From a virus (Duplodnaviria > Heunggongvirae > Uroviricota > Caudoviricetes), in the IMG/VR virus record IMGVR_UViG_3300034105_002625, positions 25,437-89,436 of that record: a stretch of 64,000 bases of DNA. One strand, written 5' to 3'. A program made the translations under genes and the position numbers. Every line of letters begins with the position of its first letter. Position 1 is the stretch's first letter. The notes under the pieces were generated by a model. That model saw nothing but the letters and a program-made list of their open reading frames with translations. It was not told the DNA's origin and made no database searches. Shown piece by piece: positions 56,457 to 64,000 of this stretch.

Positions 56457-56467
56457 ATAAGAAAATA

Positions 56468-56504
56468 GTTGCTAGATAAGACTATTGTTCGTATATTTAG
56501 GTAT
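56468..56504 (+). promoter_or_regulatory. promoter (GTTGCTAG + TTCGTATATTTAGGTAT)
   Basis: bipartite motif with 20-nt spacing; 22 nt upstream of ATG 56526. Confidence 0.55.
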
Positions 56505-56525
56505 AAATAATAAATTAAAACGGTT

Positions 56526-56933
56526 ATGAGCTTAGAACAAATTAAATGTACAAGGTGTAGGAATGATATGCCTAAACTTAGATTGGACAATTACGGATAC
56601 GATTTCTGTATAGAATGTTCAGATGTAAAGCCTAAGGTAGGACGTATTAGAGTAGTTGGGGAAGGAGACTATACAGTCACTGAACTTGATATCTTAGACC
56701 AGGATACAGCTAGAAGACTTCAAGAGCTGGAGAATACCTCTAGAGGAGTTAGAAATGTTCCATTAGAGATCTTAAACTTTGATGAGGATGAAATGTCTGA
56801 CGACAGTAGAGCAATCTCAGAAGCTACAGACAAAGCATTAGAAGGTGAATTAGAAGTCTTAGATGATGAAGAAGACTTAGAAGACCTAGAAGATGTTGAA
56901 GATGTAGAGCTTGAAGACGAAGACGACGAATAG
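56526..56933 (+). CDS. zinc-finger protein with acidic C-terminal tail
   Basis: 135 aa; CTRC…CIEC; D/E-rich tail. Confidence 0.3.
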   Translation: MSLEQIKCTRCRNDMPKLRLDNYGYDFCIECSDVKPKVGRIRVVGEGDYTVTELDILDQDTARRLQELENTSRGVRNVPLEILNFDEDEMSDDSRAISEATDKALEGELEVLDDEEDLEDLEDVEDVELEDEDDE

Positions 56934-57587
56934 ATGCCACCACCAAAATTCATATCGAAAGATGATTGCTTAAGAGCAATGCAAAATACTAGAAGTAACC
57001 GAGGAGCAGCTCGGTTTCTTCGATGTAGCTTTGTACACTATAAGAAGTATGCTAGAACGTATGTTAATGATCAAGGAGTAACTCTATGGGAGGCTCATAA
57101 GAATCAATCAGGCATAGGTATTCCTAAATATCTTCCTAACAAAGGTAAGCAAGCACCTCTTAAAGAATTGATTGAAGGGAAGATATCAGTAGCTTCTTTT
57201 GAGCCGGCTAAGATCAAACAGAGATTAATCTTTGAAGGCTATTTAAAAGAGGAATGTAATCGATGTGGCTTTCATGAAGAGAGAGTAACAGATCATAAGA
57301 TACCTTTGATACTTCAATTTAGAGATAAGAACAAAGTCAACTACGAGCTTTCTAATATAGAGCTTATGTGTTACAATTGCTCTTTCCTATACTCTGTATC
57401 ACCTATCACCGATAGACAAGTAGCAGCAGCAGAGGATTCTGTAGACAGACAAGTAAGAGATTTTGATTGGGAGGTAGATGATGCAATGAAAGAGCATTTA
57501 GAATCATTAGGACTTTGGAATGAAGTACCAACAGATGGTTCACAATACATCTCAGAAAACTATAAAGGGAATGAAAAAGAAGACTAA
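56934..57587 (+). CDS. HNH-like endonuclease candidate
   Basis: 217 aa; CNRCGFHEERVTDHKIPL…CYNCS resembles an HNH/Zn-finger core. Confidence 0.35.
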   Translation: MPPPKFISKDDCLRAMQNTRSNRGAARFLRCSFVHYKKYARTYVNDQGVTLWEAHKNQSGIGIPKYLPNKGKQAPLKELIEGKISVASFEPAKIKQRLIFEGYLKEECNRCGFHEERVTDHKIPLILQFRDKNKVNYELSNIELMCYNCSFLYSVSPITDRQVAAAEDSVDRQVRDFDWEVDDAMKEHLESLGLWNEVPTDGSQYISENYKGNEKED

Positions 57588-57698
57588 GCCCTCTAGGGAG
57601 AGAATTGTAGCTAACAAGCTTGTCAAACAATCTGAACAGAATGAAAAGCTGAGAGAGAAAACAATTAGTAATTCTTTTTGGAAATTATTTAGGAAATA

Positions 57699-57735
57699 GT
57701 TGCTAGAACAAACCTTTGTTCGTATATTTAGGTAT
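57699..57735 (+). promoter_or_regulatory. promoter (GTTGCTAG + TTCGTATATTTAGGTAT) fused to start codon (leaderless candidate)
   Basis: box ends 57735; ATG at 57734 lies inside GGTATGG. Confidence 0.5.
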
Positions 57736-58060
57736 GGAAAAAACAGGTGCAACAGTAAAGAAGCTTCATGACTTTAATACCTCAGGAGTATTAGAAGTAT
57801 GTATAAAAGGTAACTGGTATAGGACTACTTGTAATGATTTTAGATCATTCGATGGTAAGAGAAGAATAACTGAGCCAATCAAACAGCCAGGTATAGGGGA
57901 TAGTTTTAATGATATAGAATTTAAGACCTATGACTATAACGGTCCAGTATATGTTCTTCAAACAAACTTAGAAGTAATCAGAATGGATACAGAGACAATT
58001 GTAACTAATCCATATATTGAATCAACACAAAAATCTTTACCTAACAGCAATCGTATATGA
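57734..58060 (+). CDS. hypothetical protein (start adjusted from TTG 57716 to ATG 57734)
   Basis: MEKTGATVKKLHDF…; ORF-track start lies inside the promoter box. Confidence 0.35.
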   Translation: MEKTGATVKKLHDFNTSGVLEVCIKGNWYRTTCNDFRSFDGKRRITEPIKQPGIGDSFNDIEFKTYDYNGPVYVLQTNLEVIRMDTETIVTNPYIESTQKSLPNSNRI

Positions 58061-58353
58061 AAAAATTAGTATTCAGATCCACAGATGAATTCTCAGAATT
58101 CTTTAAAGGAAAGAGCCCAGAGCTTACAAATGCAATAGTACATTCTATAAGAGAGGCTTTCATGTTTCATAAGAAGACAGCCAATCTATTTGAGATTACT
58201 TTTGATGAGAGTGATTCCGTATTTGAAATATCGCTATCGCATAAGGAATGGATAATAGCATTAGAGAATTGTCTTTCTCACTATGAGGAGTGGGAGATGG
58301 GAGACGACGCAATAGATACATTTTTATTAATTAAAGAAATAAAAACATGGTAA
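58057..58353 (+). CDS. hypothetical protein
   Basis: 98 aa ORF. Confidence 0.3.
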   Translation: MKKLVFRSTDEFSEFFKGKSPELTNAIVHSIREAFMFHKKTANLFEITFDESDSVFEISLSHKEWIIALENCLSHYEEWEMGDDAIDTFLLIKEIKTW

Positions 58354-58601
58354 AGCCTTATACTAAAACATTTACATGTGATATCACAGGAATTATAACG
58401 ACCTACACTTACAACGGTGCTAGCATTGTAAATGGTATCATAAAAGCAGAGTTCGAATATCCTAAAGAATACTTAGATGAATTCAATAAAAAGGAAAAAA
58501 GACAGAGTAATCTTCCGAAAACAAAACAAATGTTCTTAAATCCTGCAACAGGAAAAGAAGTGGGATATTACAGAGCTAAGAATTTAGGCCTTGTAAAATA
58601 A
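58347..58601 (+). CDS. hypothetical protein
   Basis: 84 aa ORF. Confidence 0.3.
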   Translation: MVKPYTKTFTCDITGIITTYTYNGASIVNGIIKAEFEYPKEYLDEFNKKEKRQSNLPKTKQMFLNPATGKEVGYYRAKNLGLVK

Positions 58602-58623
58602 ATTAAAAAAAGTTTGTATATTA

Positions 58624-58660
58624 GTTGCTAGAACGAATCTTTGTTCGTATATTTAGGTAT
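58624..58660 (+). promoter_or_regulatory. promoter (GTTGCTAG + TTCGTATATTTAGGTAT)
   Basis: identical box and downstream AGAAATCAATTAAAAA leader as at 61793. Confidence 0.55.
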
Positions 58661-58685
58661 AGAAATCAATTAAAAACAATAAGTT

Positions 58686-59510
58686 ATGTTAGCAAAATTC
58701 AACACAGGTTTAGATTCTTACCTTTCAAAAGATCAAGTAAAAGCTTTAGCACCAGTAGCATTCGCTACAGCACCAACAAGTGATAAAGTTAGTAAGGATT
58801 ACTTACTAGTAAATACTGAGACTATCATCGATGACTTAGAAAAGTTAGGATGGCTTCCAGTTACAGCCTCTCAAAGAAAGGCTAGAAAGTCTGAAAAGGC
58901 TACAATCTTCTCCAAGCACATGGTATCCTTTCAGAATCCAGATCTTATGATCAAGGGTAAGAATGGTGATGATGCTTTTCCAAGAATCATTTTAACGAAC
59001 TCCCATGATGGATTTAATTCTTTTCAGTTTAGAATTGGAATCTACAGATTGGTATGTTCAAATGGATTGGTAGTAGCTGACGAGGAATTCTCAGCATTCA
59101 GAATACGTCACACAGGATATACCTTCGAAGAATTAAGAGGAGTAGTAGCACAAGCAGTAGCTGATCTTCCTAATAAGGTAATGATTTTAAATCAAATGCA
59201 GTTGAGAGAATTGTCTCCGGTAGAGCAAAGACAATTGGCTATCGATGCAATGCAATTGAGAACAAATAGAATCGATGCTGAATGGGATGAAGAGACTATC
59301 CAGGACGTTTTAACTCCTACAAGAGATGCTGATAAAGGAAATGACCTTTGGAAAGTATTTAATGTAATCCAAGAGAAGATTACTCAAGGAGGATATTCAG
59401 CAGCATTGAATGGTGCTAAAGTAAGAAAGGTTAGAAAGATTAAATCATTCGAGAAAGATCTAGAGGTTAATCAAAAGCTATTCAAATTAGCTACAGCATT
59501 GATCAACTAA
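58686..59510 (+). CDS. DUF932-family phage/plasmid protein
   Basis: 274 aa; size and N-terminal pattern consistent with the DUF932 family. Confidence 0.4.
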   Translation: MLAKFNTGLDSYLSKDQVKALAPVAFATAPTSDKVSKDYLLVNTETIIDDLEKLGWLPVTASQRKARKSEKATIFSKHMVSFQNPDLMIKGKNGDDAFPRIILTNSHDGFNSFQFRIGIYRLVCSNGLVVADEEFSAFRIRHTGYTFEELRGVVAQAVADLPNKVMILNQMQLRELSPVEQRQLAIDAMQLRTNRIDAEWDEETIQDVLTPTRDADKGNDLWKVFNVIQEKITQGGYSAALNGAKVRKVRKIKSFEKDLEVNQKLFKLATALIN

Positions 59511-59749
59511 TGGATAGAGAGAAATATCTACAGATGAGAAGAACTGGCCAATATGACCTTGGCTGGTTCTATCAATACTACCTAGAGCATAAGGATAAGG
59601 ATAGAATGACTCCTCCCTTTGAAGCTTTTCATCAGGCCTTTAATATGTACTTCCAAATGCATGGAGGTTTTATTCTAGACTATATGGATAAGAAAATGGA
59701 AGTAACTAAAATAGAAAACGAACAAGGAAATTTAATTTATATAAACTAA
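59510..59749 (+). CDS. hypothetical protein
   Basis: 79 aa ORF. Confidence 0.3.
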   Translation: MDREKYLQMRRTGQYDLGWFYQYYLEHKDKDRMTPPFEAFHQAFNMYFQMHGGFILDYMDKKMEVTKIENEQGNLIYIN

Positions 59750-59750
59750 A

Positions 59751-59993
59751 ATGGCAGAAGGCAAAGTAAAAACACCAAAGGAATTGATGGCAGACTTAAA
59801 AGGAAATTACATTCAAGTAATTAAAAAGAACGGAAAGACTCATGATAAGCTCTATAAAGATCCTCAGAGAGCGATTAGAGGAGTAGGAGGAGTTGATAAT
59901 GTAAAATACCTTAGAGAGGTTCTTAAAGAGCAAGTCAATTCAAGATACGTAGAAGTAGATTCATTAACCGGAACACCAGAAAACGAATTATAG
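59751..59993 (+). CDS. hypothetical protein
   Basis: 80 aa ORF. Confidence 0.3.
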   Translation: MAEGKVKTPKELMADLKGNYIQVIKKNGKTHDKLYKDPQRAIRGVGGVDNVKYLREVLKEQVNSRYVEVDSLTGTPENEL

Positions 59994-59995
59994 TT

Positions 59996-60199
59996 ATGGA
60001 AAAATTAGGAATAGTATTAGCAGCATTTGGAATGCTAGTTGTAGTAGCGATTTTATTAGCATGGCCAACACAATGGCTTTGGAATAACGCTTTAGTAGGA
60101 GCAGCAGATGGATTTAATCCAATTGGCTTTTGGCAAGCATTAGGAATTAATATCCTATGTGGAATTTTATTTAGAAATAATAACTCAAGTTCAAAGTAA
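59996..60199 (+). CDS. small membrane protein
   Basis: 67 aa, TM helix. Confidence 0.3.
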   Translation: MEKLGIVLAAFGMLVVVAILLAWPTQWLWNNALVGAADGFNPIGFWQALGINILCGILFRNNNSSSK

Positions 60200-60432
60200 T
60201 GAAGACAGTTATTAAAGTTTTAGTAGGATTTTTCCTAGGATTAGGATTAGTTCAGTTAGTAGATCTAGGAATGTATCTGCTGAATAGGCCAGATAGTTAT
60301 CTATTCAACTTAGGAGTATTGATACTTGGAATAGTATTTGTAGCATTTGGATTCTTAGGATTGTATATAATGAAAATAATCAAGCCTGAGGAAGAAGTAA
60401 AAGAAGAGGTTAAACAGGAAAAAGAAGAATAG
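60199..60432 (+). CDS. small membrane protein
   Basis: 77 aa, two TM helices. Confidence 0.3.
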   Translation: MKTVIKVLVGFFLGLGLVQLVDLGMYLLNRPDSYLFNLGVLILGIVFVAFGFLGLYIMKIIKPEEEVKEEVKQEKEE

Positions 60433-60434
60433 TT

Positions 60435-60824
60435 ATGGTAGTATTATTAGTAATATTAATTGTAGGCTTATTAGTTTTAGGAATTATAGAAACTGTTACA
60501 GCATTTGATTTAGGATCTCCAATCTCAGACAAAGACATCTCAGATTATTTAGATAGAATTGAAAATGAAAATCTTATAAATGGAATAACTTTAAGATGGA
60601 ATGACAAATATGTTCTTAATGTAAAAGGGTATACAATTAGACATCATAGTAATCCTTCCATTTATCAAACACAGTACTCTATTATATTTCCATATTATAT
60701 CACTGATGTAGGAGTAATTCCAATATGGAGTAAATCTTATAGTAGAGTTAAGAAGTTATTTAAAGATAACATTGAAAATTCTAGTTATAGAACAGATAAA
60801 AGAAAAAAATTAGGGCTAGAATAG
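60435..60824 (+). CDS. membrane-anchored protein
   Basis: 129 aa; N-terminal TM. Confidence 0.3.
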   Translation: MVVLLVILIVGLLVLGIIETVTAFDLGSPISDKDISDYLDRIENENLINGITLRWNDKYVLNVKGYTIRHHSNPSIYQTQYSIIFPYYITDVGVIPIWSKSYSRVKKLFKDNIENSSYRTDKRKKLGLE

Positions 60825-60860
60825 TTGCCTCCTAAGAATATATTTCATATATTTAGGTAT
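60824..60860 (+). promoter_or_regulatory. promoter (GTTGCCTC + TTCATATATTTAGGTAT)
   Basis: bipartite motif variant upstream of SPFH gene. Confidence 0.45.
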
Positions 60861-60904
60861 AATAATAAACAATTAATTATAAATCAAATTTAAACAAAGA
60901 AGTT

Positions 60905-61741
60905 ATGAACAGAATTTTAGTAGCAGTAGGATTAATCCTAGTAGTTTTTGCAGTAACCATGTCATGTGAGAACATTGACTCAGGTAACATTGGTATCAAA
61001 GTAAACAAGTTTGGTACAGGAAGAGGGGTAAGTGGAGTAACAGAGTGTACAGGTACAGTCTTTTATAATCCAATCACAACAAACATCTTTGAATTTCCAA
61101 TCAATATTCGTCATAAAGAGTATACTGACGAAGGATCATTTGTAGTGAATAGTAAAGATGGATCAGAGTTTCATGTTAGTCCAATTGTCAACTATAGAAT
61201 TAATCCAGATAAAGCCACACAGATCTTTGCAAAATATAGAAAAGACTTAGATGGTATTGAGAATGGATTCCTTAAGACAGCAGTAACAGAAGCATTTAGA
61301 ATCGTTACCAATGGCTATACAGCTGATCAATTAATCTCAAGTAGAGAAGCATTTGATAATAAAGTAAAAGCTACATTAAGAAAACAATTAGAGCCAGAAG
61401 GATTTGTATTGGATCAATTTACAACTAATCTAGAATATCCTACATCATTCAAGAATGCTATTAATGCTAAGAATAATGCAGTACAGAAGGCTTTAATGGC
61501 TGAGAATAGAGTTAAACAAGCAGAGGCTGAAGCAAAGATTAAAGTAGCAGAAGCAGAAGGAGATGCTCAATCAACACTTACAAGAGCAAGAGCTGAATCA
61601 GAAGCAAATACTTTAAAGCAGAGAACATTAACTCCAATGCTATTGCAACAACAATGGATTGAAGCATGGAGAAAAGGTGGATCTAAAGTACCTCAGTATA
61701 TTACAAGCGGTGGAGGAAACTTCATGATGACTATAAAATAG
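60905..61741 (+). CDS. SPFH / band-7 (prohibitin/stomatin-like) membrane protein
   Basis: 278 aa; N-terminal TM; SPFH-domain-like core then Ala/Glu-rich coiled coil. Confidence 0.65.
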   Translation: MNRILVAVGLILVVFAVTMSCENIDSGNIGIKVNKFGTGRGVSGVTECTGTVFYNPITTNIFEFPINIRHKEYTDEGSFVVNSKDGSEFHVSPIVNYRINPDKATQIFAKYRKDLDGIENGFLKTAVTEAFRIVTNGYTADQLISSREAFDNKVKATLRKQLEPEGFVLDQFTTNLEYPTSFKNAINAKNNAVQKALMAENRVKQAEAEAKIKVAEAEGDAQSTLTRARAESEANTLKQRTLTPMLLQQQWIEAWRKGGSKVPQYITSGGGNFMMTIK

Positions 61742-61768
61742 TAAAATATATTAAAAATAATTGATAAA

Positions 61769-61793
61769 AGAGTTGCTAGCGCAGCTCTTTTTT
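61769..61793 (+). terminator. rho-independent terminator overlapping the next promoter's -33 element
   Basis: AGAGTTGC-TAGC-GCAGCTCT hairpin + TTTTTT. Confidence 0.55.
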
Positions 61794-61809
61794 CGTATAT
61801 TTAGGTATA
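61793..61809 (+). promoter_or_regulatory. promoter box TTCGTATATTTAGGTAT
   Basis: perfect box; ATG at 61833. Confidence 0.5.
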
Positions 61810-61832
61810 GAAATCAATTAAAAATAAAGGTT

Positions 61833-62009
61833 ATGAAAGTACAAGATTTAAAAGCAGGTGATAAGTTTAAGATGAATGGACTATCAGTAAGCGGTAAGCA
61901 GACTAAGGTTAAATGTGAAATGATCCGATACAATGGAATGGATAAGTACGTTGTAGTATGCCAGGGTATTAGTATACTGGTAGATGGTACTGATGAAGTA
62001 TTTGTATAA
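61833..62009 (+). CDS. hypothetical protein (start adjusted to ATG 61833)
   Basis: MKVQDLKAGDKF…; ORF-track start lies inside the promoter. Confidence 0.3.
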   Translation: MKVQDLKAGDKFKMNGLSVSGKQTKVKCEMIRYNGMDKYVVVCQGISILVDGTDEVFV

Positions 62010-62132
62010 CTAGAGGATAAGAGCTATGACAGAAGAAGAATTACAAGTACTGCTTGATGAGGAAGAGACTTACATCAACGAATGGAGAGATAGTTTAACG
62101 CAAGAGCAGATTGATTCGATTTAAGAACGAAG

Positions 62133-62175
62133 GGGAGGGGGCGCAAGACTACTCACCGAAGGTGTCACGCGCAAT
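62133..62175. repeat. GC-rich conserved element copy 2 (GGGGAGGGGGCG … CTCACCGAAGGTGTCACGCGCAA)
   Basis: matches copy at 36603-36647; followed by hairpin CCTCCA-GGTTGT-TGGAGG. Confidence 0.6.
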
Positions 62176-62224
62176 TTCTCCCAACCCTCCAGGTTGTTGG
62201 AGGTAAAATCTAAATAAAAACTAT

Positions 62225-62479
62225 ATGAAAACAATTTACAAGTACGAATTAAGATCACAAGATGCTAGTATGAAGCTTCCAAAAGGGGCAGAGATACTTA
62301 CAGTACAGATTCAAGATGGGAGACCAATGCTATGGGCTTTAGTAGATCCAGAGAATGTATTAGAGGATAGATTTATATCCACTGTTGGTACAGGATGGGA
62401 AGTGGAAGACAATATGAAATACATTTGTACATACATGGAAGGATATTTTGTGTGGCATGTATTTGAAATGATACAATAG
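62225..62479 (+). CDS. hypothetical protein
   Basis: 84 aa ORF. Confidence 0.3.
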   Translation: MKTIYKYELRSQDASMKLPKGAEILTVQIQDGRPMLWALVDPENVLEDRFISTVGTGWEVEDNMKYICTYMEGYFVWHVFEMIQ

Positions 62480-62616
62480 TATGAAAGTAATATACATGGA
62501 ACAGACCATTGCTCTTATGTCTCATGGAAGAGCCAGAGAGGTAGAGGAATTAATAGCCTCAGGAGAGGTTAAGAAATCAGAACAAGGAGTTAATTACTTA
62601 CTAACAATTATAGAGG

Positions 62617-62811
62617 ATGAAGATACAGGAAGTTGAATTGTATAAGAAAAAGTATAAGGGAGTTAAAATAGCTTTCAACTCTAGAAAAGGTGTAGGAAGG
62701 ATTATAGAAGGAATAGCCGTACAGGTGGTAGAATCTCAGGGCCTTGTTATACTCAGAGACTATGATAACTTCCCTCATTGTATATCAATAATGACATTGG
62801 AAGAGATATGA
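62617..62811 (+). CDS. hypothetical protein
   Basis: 64 aa ORF. Confidence 0.25.
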   Translation: MKIQEVELYKKKYKGVKIAFNSRKGVGRIIEGIAVQVVESQGLVILRDYDNFPHCISIMTLEEI

Positions 62812-62996
62812 AAAAGTTTTTAGAAATTTATTTAGGGTTCTTTATAGCCTTGCCATTAGCACTTTGTATAGTATTATATGCAATAGGATGTTTTATGACA
62901 TGGAGTATTCTTGAACCAAATATTGAATGGGCCTATGTTAGGTTGTATATGGTAATGGCTCTTATAGTATCAATATTTTTAGCAGCGGATGAATAA
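62778..62996 (+). CDS. small membrane protein
   Basis: 72 aa, two TM helices. Confidence 0.3.
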   Translation: MYINNDIGRDMKKFLEIYLGFFIALPLALCIVLYAIGCFMTWSILEPNIEWAYVRLYMVMALIVSIFLAADE

Positions 62997-63204
62997 TATG
63001 AAAAAGCTAATAGGAAATCTTTATTGGAGAATATGTAGAAGGATAGGTTATATTATTACCCTTAGAGACTATTATGATCCAAAGACATTCACTCTAGTAA
63101 AAAAGAATAGTCATATGGCCTTATTAAAACATATAGGTAAGGTAGATGAACATGGACATATAAAGGTAAAAGAAGTTTGGCAAATACAAATTAAAAAGAT
63201 ATGA
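62989..63204 (+). CDS. hypothetical basic protein
   Basis: 71 aa ORF. Confidence 0.25.
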   Translation: MNNMKKLIGNLYWRICRRIGYIITLRDYYDPKTFTLVKKNSHMALLKHIGKVDEHGHIKVKEVWQIQIKKI

Positions 63205-63452
63205 CCGTAAAAGAACTAATTGAAAGTCTAAGTAAGATAGAAGACCAAGACATAAAGGTAATGACAAAAGGATATGAAGGAGGAGTAAATGATATGGTAA
63301 TAGGAAATGGTATAGATAATAATACTCCAGCAATCATACATGTAGCCTTAGATGTAAATACAGAATGGTATTACGGTACACATGAAAGAGTAGATGATAT
63401 GTACGGCAGTACTAATAGTGATTATCATATAGTAAAGGCAATTATTCTATAG
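63201..63452 (+). CDS. hypothetical protein
   Basis: 83 aa ORF. Confidence 0.3.
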   Translation: MTVKELIESLSKIEDQDIKVMTKGYEGGVNDMVIGNGIDNNTPAIIHVALDVNTEWYYGTHERVDDMYGSTNSDYHIVKAIIL

Positions 63453-63453
63453 T

Positions 63454-63645
63454 ATGGAAGTATGGGGAATAAATAAGTTAAAGGATCCTAATTCAAATCA
63501 TATAATACGAAAGGTAGTAAAGAGGAGAGAACAATTAAAGGAAAGAGAACAGACACCTAAGGTAATAAAGGAATTAAAGGGCCTAGAAGACAGGATGAAG
63601 ATAGGAGAAATGCTATTGGAAAGATGGCGAGAGACCCATTCATAG
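63454..63645 (+). CDS. hypothetical basic protein
   Basis: 63 aa ORF. Confidence 0.25.
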   Translation: MEVWGINKLKDPNSNHIIRKVVKRREQLKEREQTPKVIKELKGLEDRMKIGEMLLERWRETHS

Positions 63646-64000
63646 ACCCATTCCATACCCGTTTCTCTACCCGTTCGATACCCGTTTATACATACGTATC
63701 ACGTACGGGAGATATAAGGAGAGACATAGAGAGAACTACTGAGATACATAGTAAAAGGTGAAGGACTTTGATTAAACATAAAGGGTAGAAAAACCATACA
63801 AAGAGTATAAAGACATAGAGTACTAGGTAAGAAAAGGTACTGTACAGTATATACGATGTGTAAGAAAGAGGATAAGGCTAGGTAAAATAAGGATAGGAAA
63901 AATGTGGCGGGTGTGTCTCCTTAATAGTTTTTTTCTATAATAAGGAAAATCTATAGTAGAGACCCGTTCCATAGACCCGTTTCACTCTCTAGTAACCCGT
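63645..64000. repeat. iteron-like short direct repeats ((T/G)ACCCGTT(T/C) x7, ACATAG-type repeats) in a non-coding stretch
   Basis: ACCCGTT recurs at ~63657, 63668, 63677, 63962, 63975, 63992; no ORF; composition shift. Confidence 0.5.

Overview
This window reads as a contiguous piece of an AT-rich lytic phage genome, most likely from a Bacteroidetes/Flavobacteriia host. The host inference rests on Bacteroidetes-type signal peptides and sigma-A style promoters (TTG, then 19-21 nt, then TAnnTTT(A/G)). Every convincing gene is on the + strand, packed into operons that are punctuated by a highly conserved promoter box (TTCGTATATTTAGGTAT) and hairpin-plus-T-run terminators.

Main content, in order:
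- 1-5.5 kb: secreted or low-complexity proteins, a thioredoxin and a QueC-like enzyme.
- 5.9 kb and 7.27-11.17 kb: an isolated class-II tRNA-like gene, then a very large tRNA array of at least 26 tRNA-like genes split by a free-standing HNH endonuclease. Several of these tRNAs have unusual architectures.
- 13.0-16.9 kb: a tRNA/RNA-repair module (metallophosphoesterase, P-loop kinase, Rnl2/Rnl5-like RNA ligase with an OB domain, receiver-like domain).
- 20.7 kb: a thymidylate-synthase-family enzyme with two large insertions.
- 24.3-31.7 kb: a 7-deazaguanine DNA-hypermodification island. It holds QueD-like, QueE-like, FolE, a Gpt-like PRTase, a MazG-like protein, a DpdA-like transglycosylase, a PurN-like formyltransferase, a P-loop kinase and QueF. 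A secreted NUC-family nuclease sits alongside.
- 32.0-36.4 kb: a family-A DNA polymerase, then phage-encoded GroES and GroEL.
- 37.9-39.6 kb: a lysis cassette (endolysin, holin-like, spanin-like).
- 39.9 kb: a Cas4/RecB-like nuclease.
- 41.1-55.5 kb: a ~14 kb glycan / branched-deoxysugar biosynthesis island. It encodes GT4 and GT2 transferases, an E1-type PMP 3-dehydrase, two SDR dehydratase/reductases, a TPP-dependent acetolactate-synthase-like (YerE-like) enzyme, an MhpF/MhpE-like acylating aldehyde dehydrogenase plus aldolase pair, and an FkbM-like methyltransferase.
- 55.5-63.6 kb: small proteins, DUF932 and an SPFH/band-7 protein.
- 63.65-64.0 kb: a terminal iteron-like repeat region.

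All anticodon and tRNA assignments come from manual folding and need tRNAscan-SE or Infernal confirmation.
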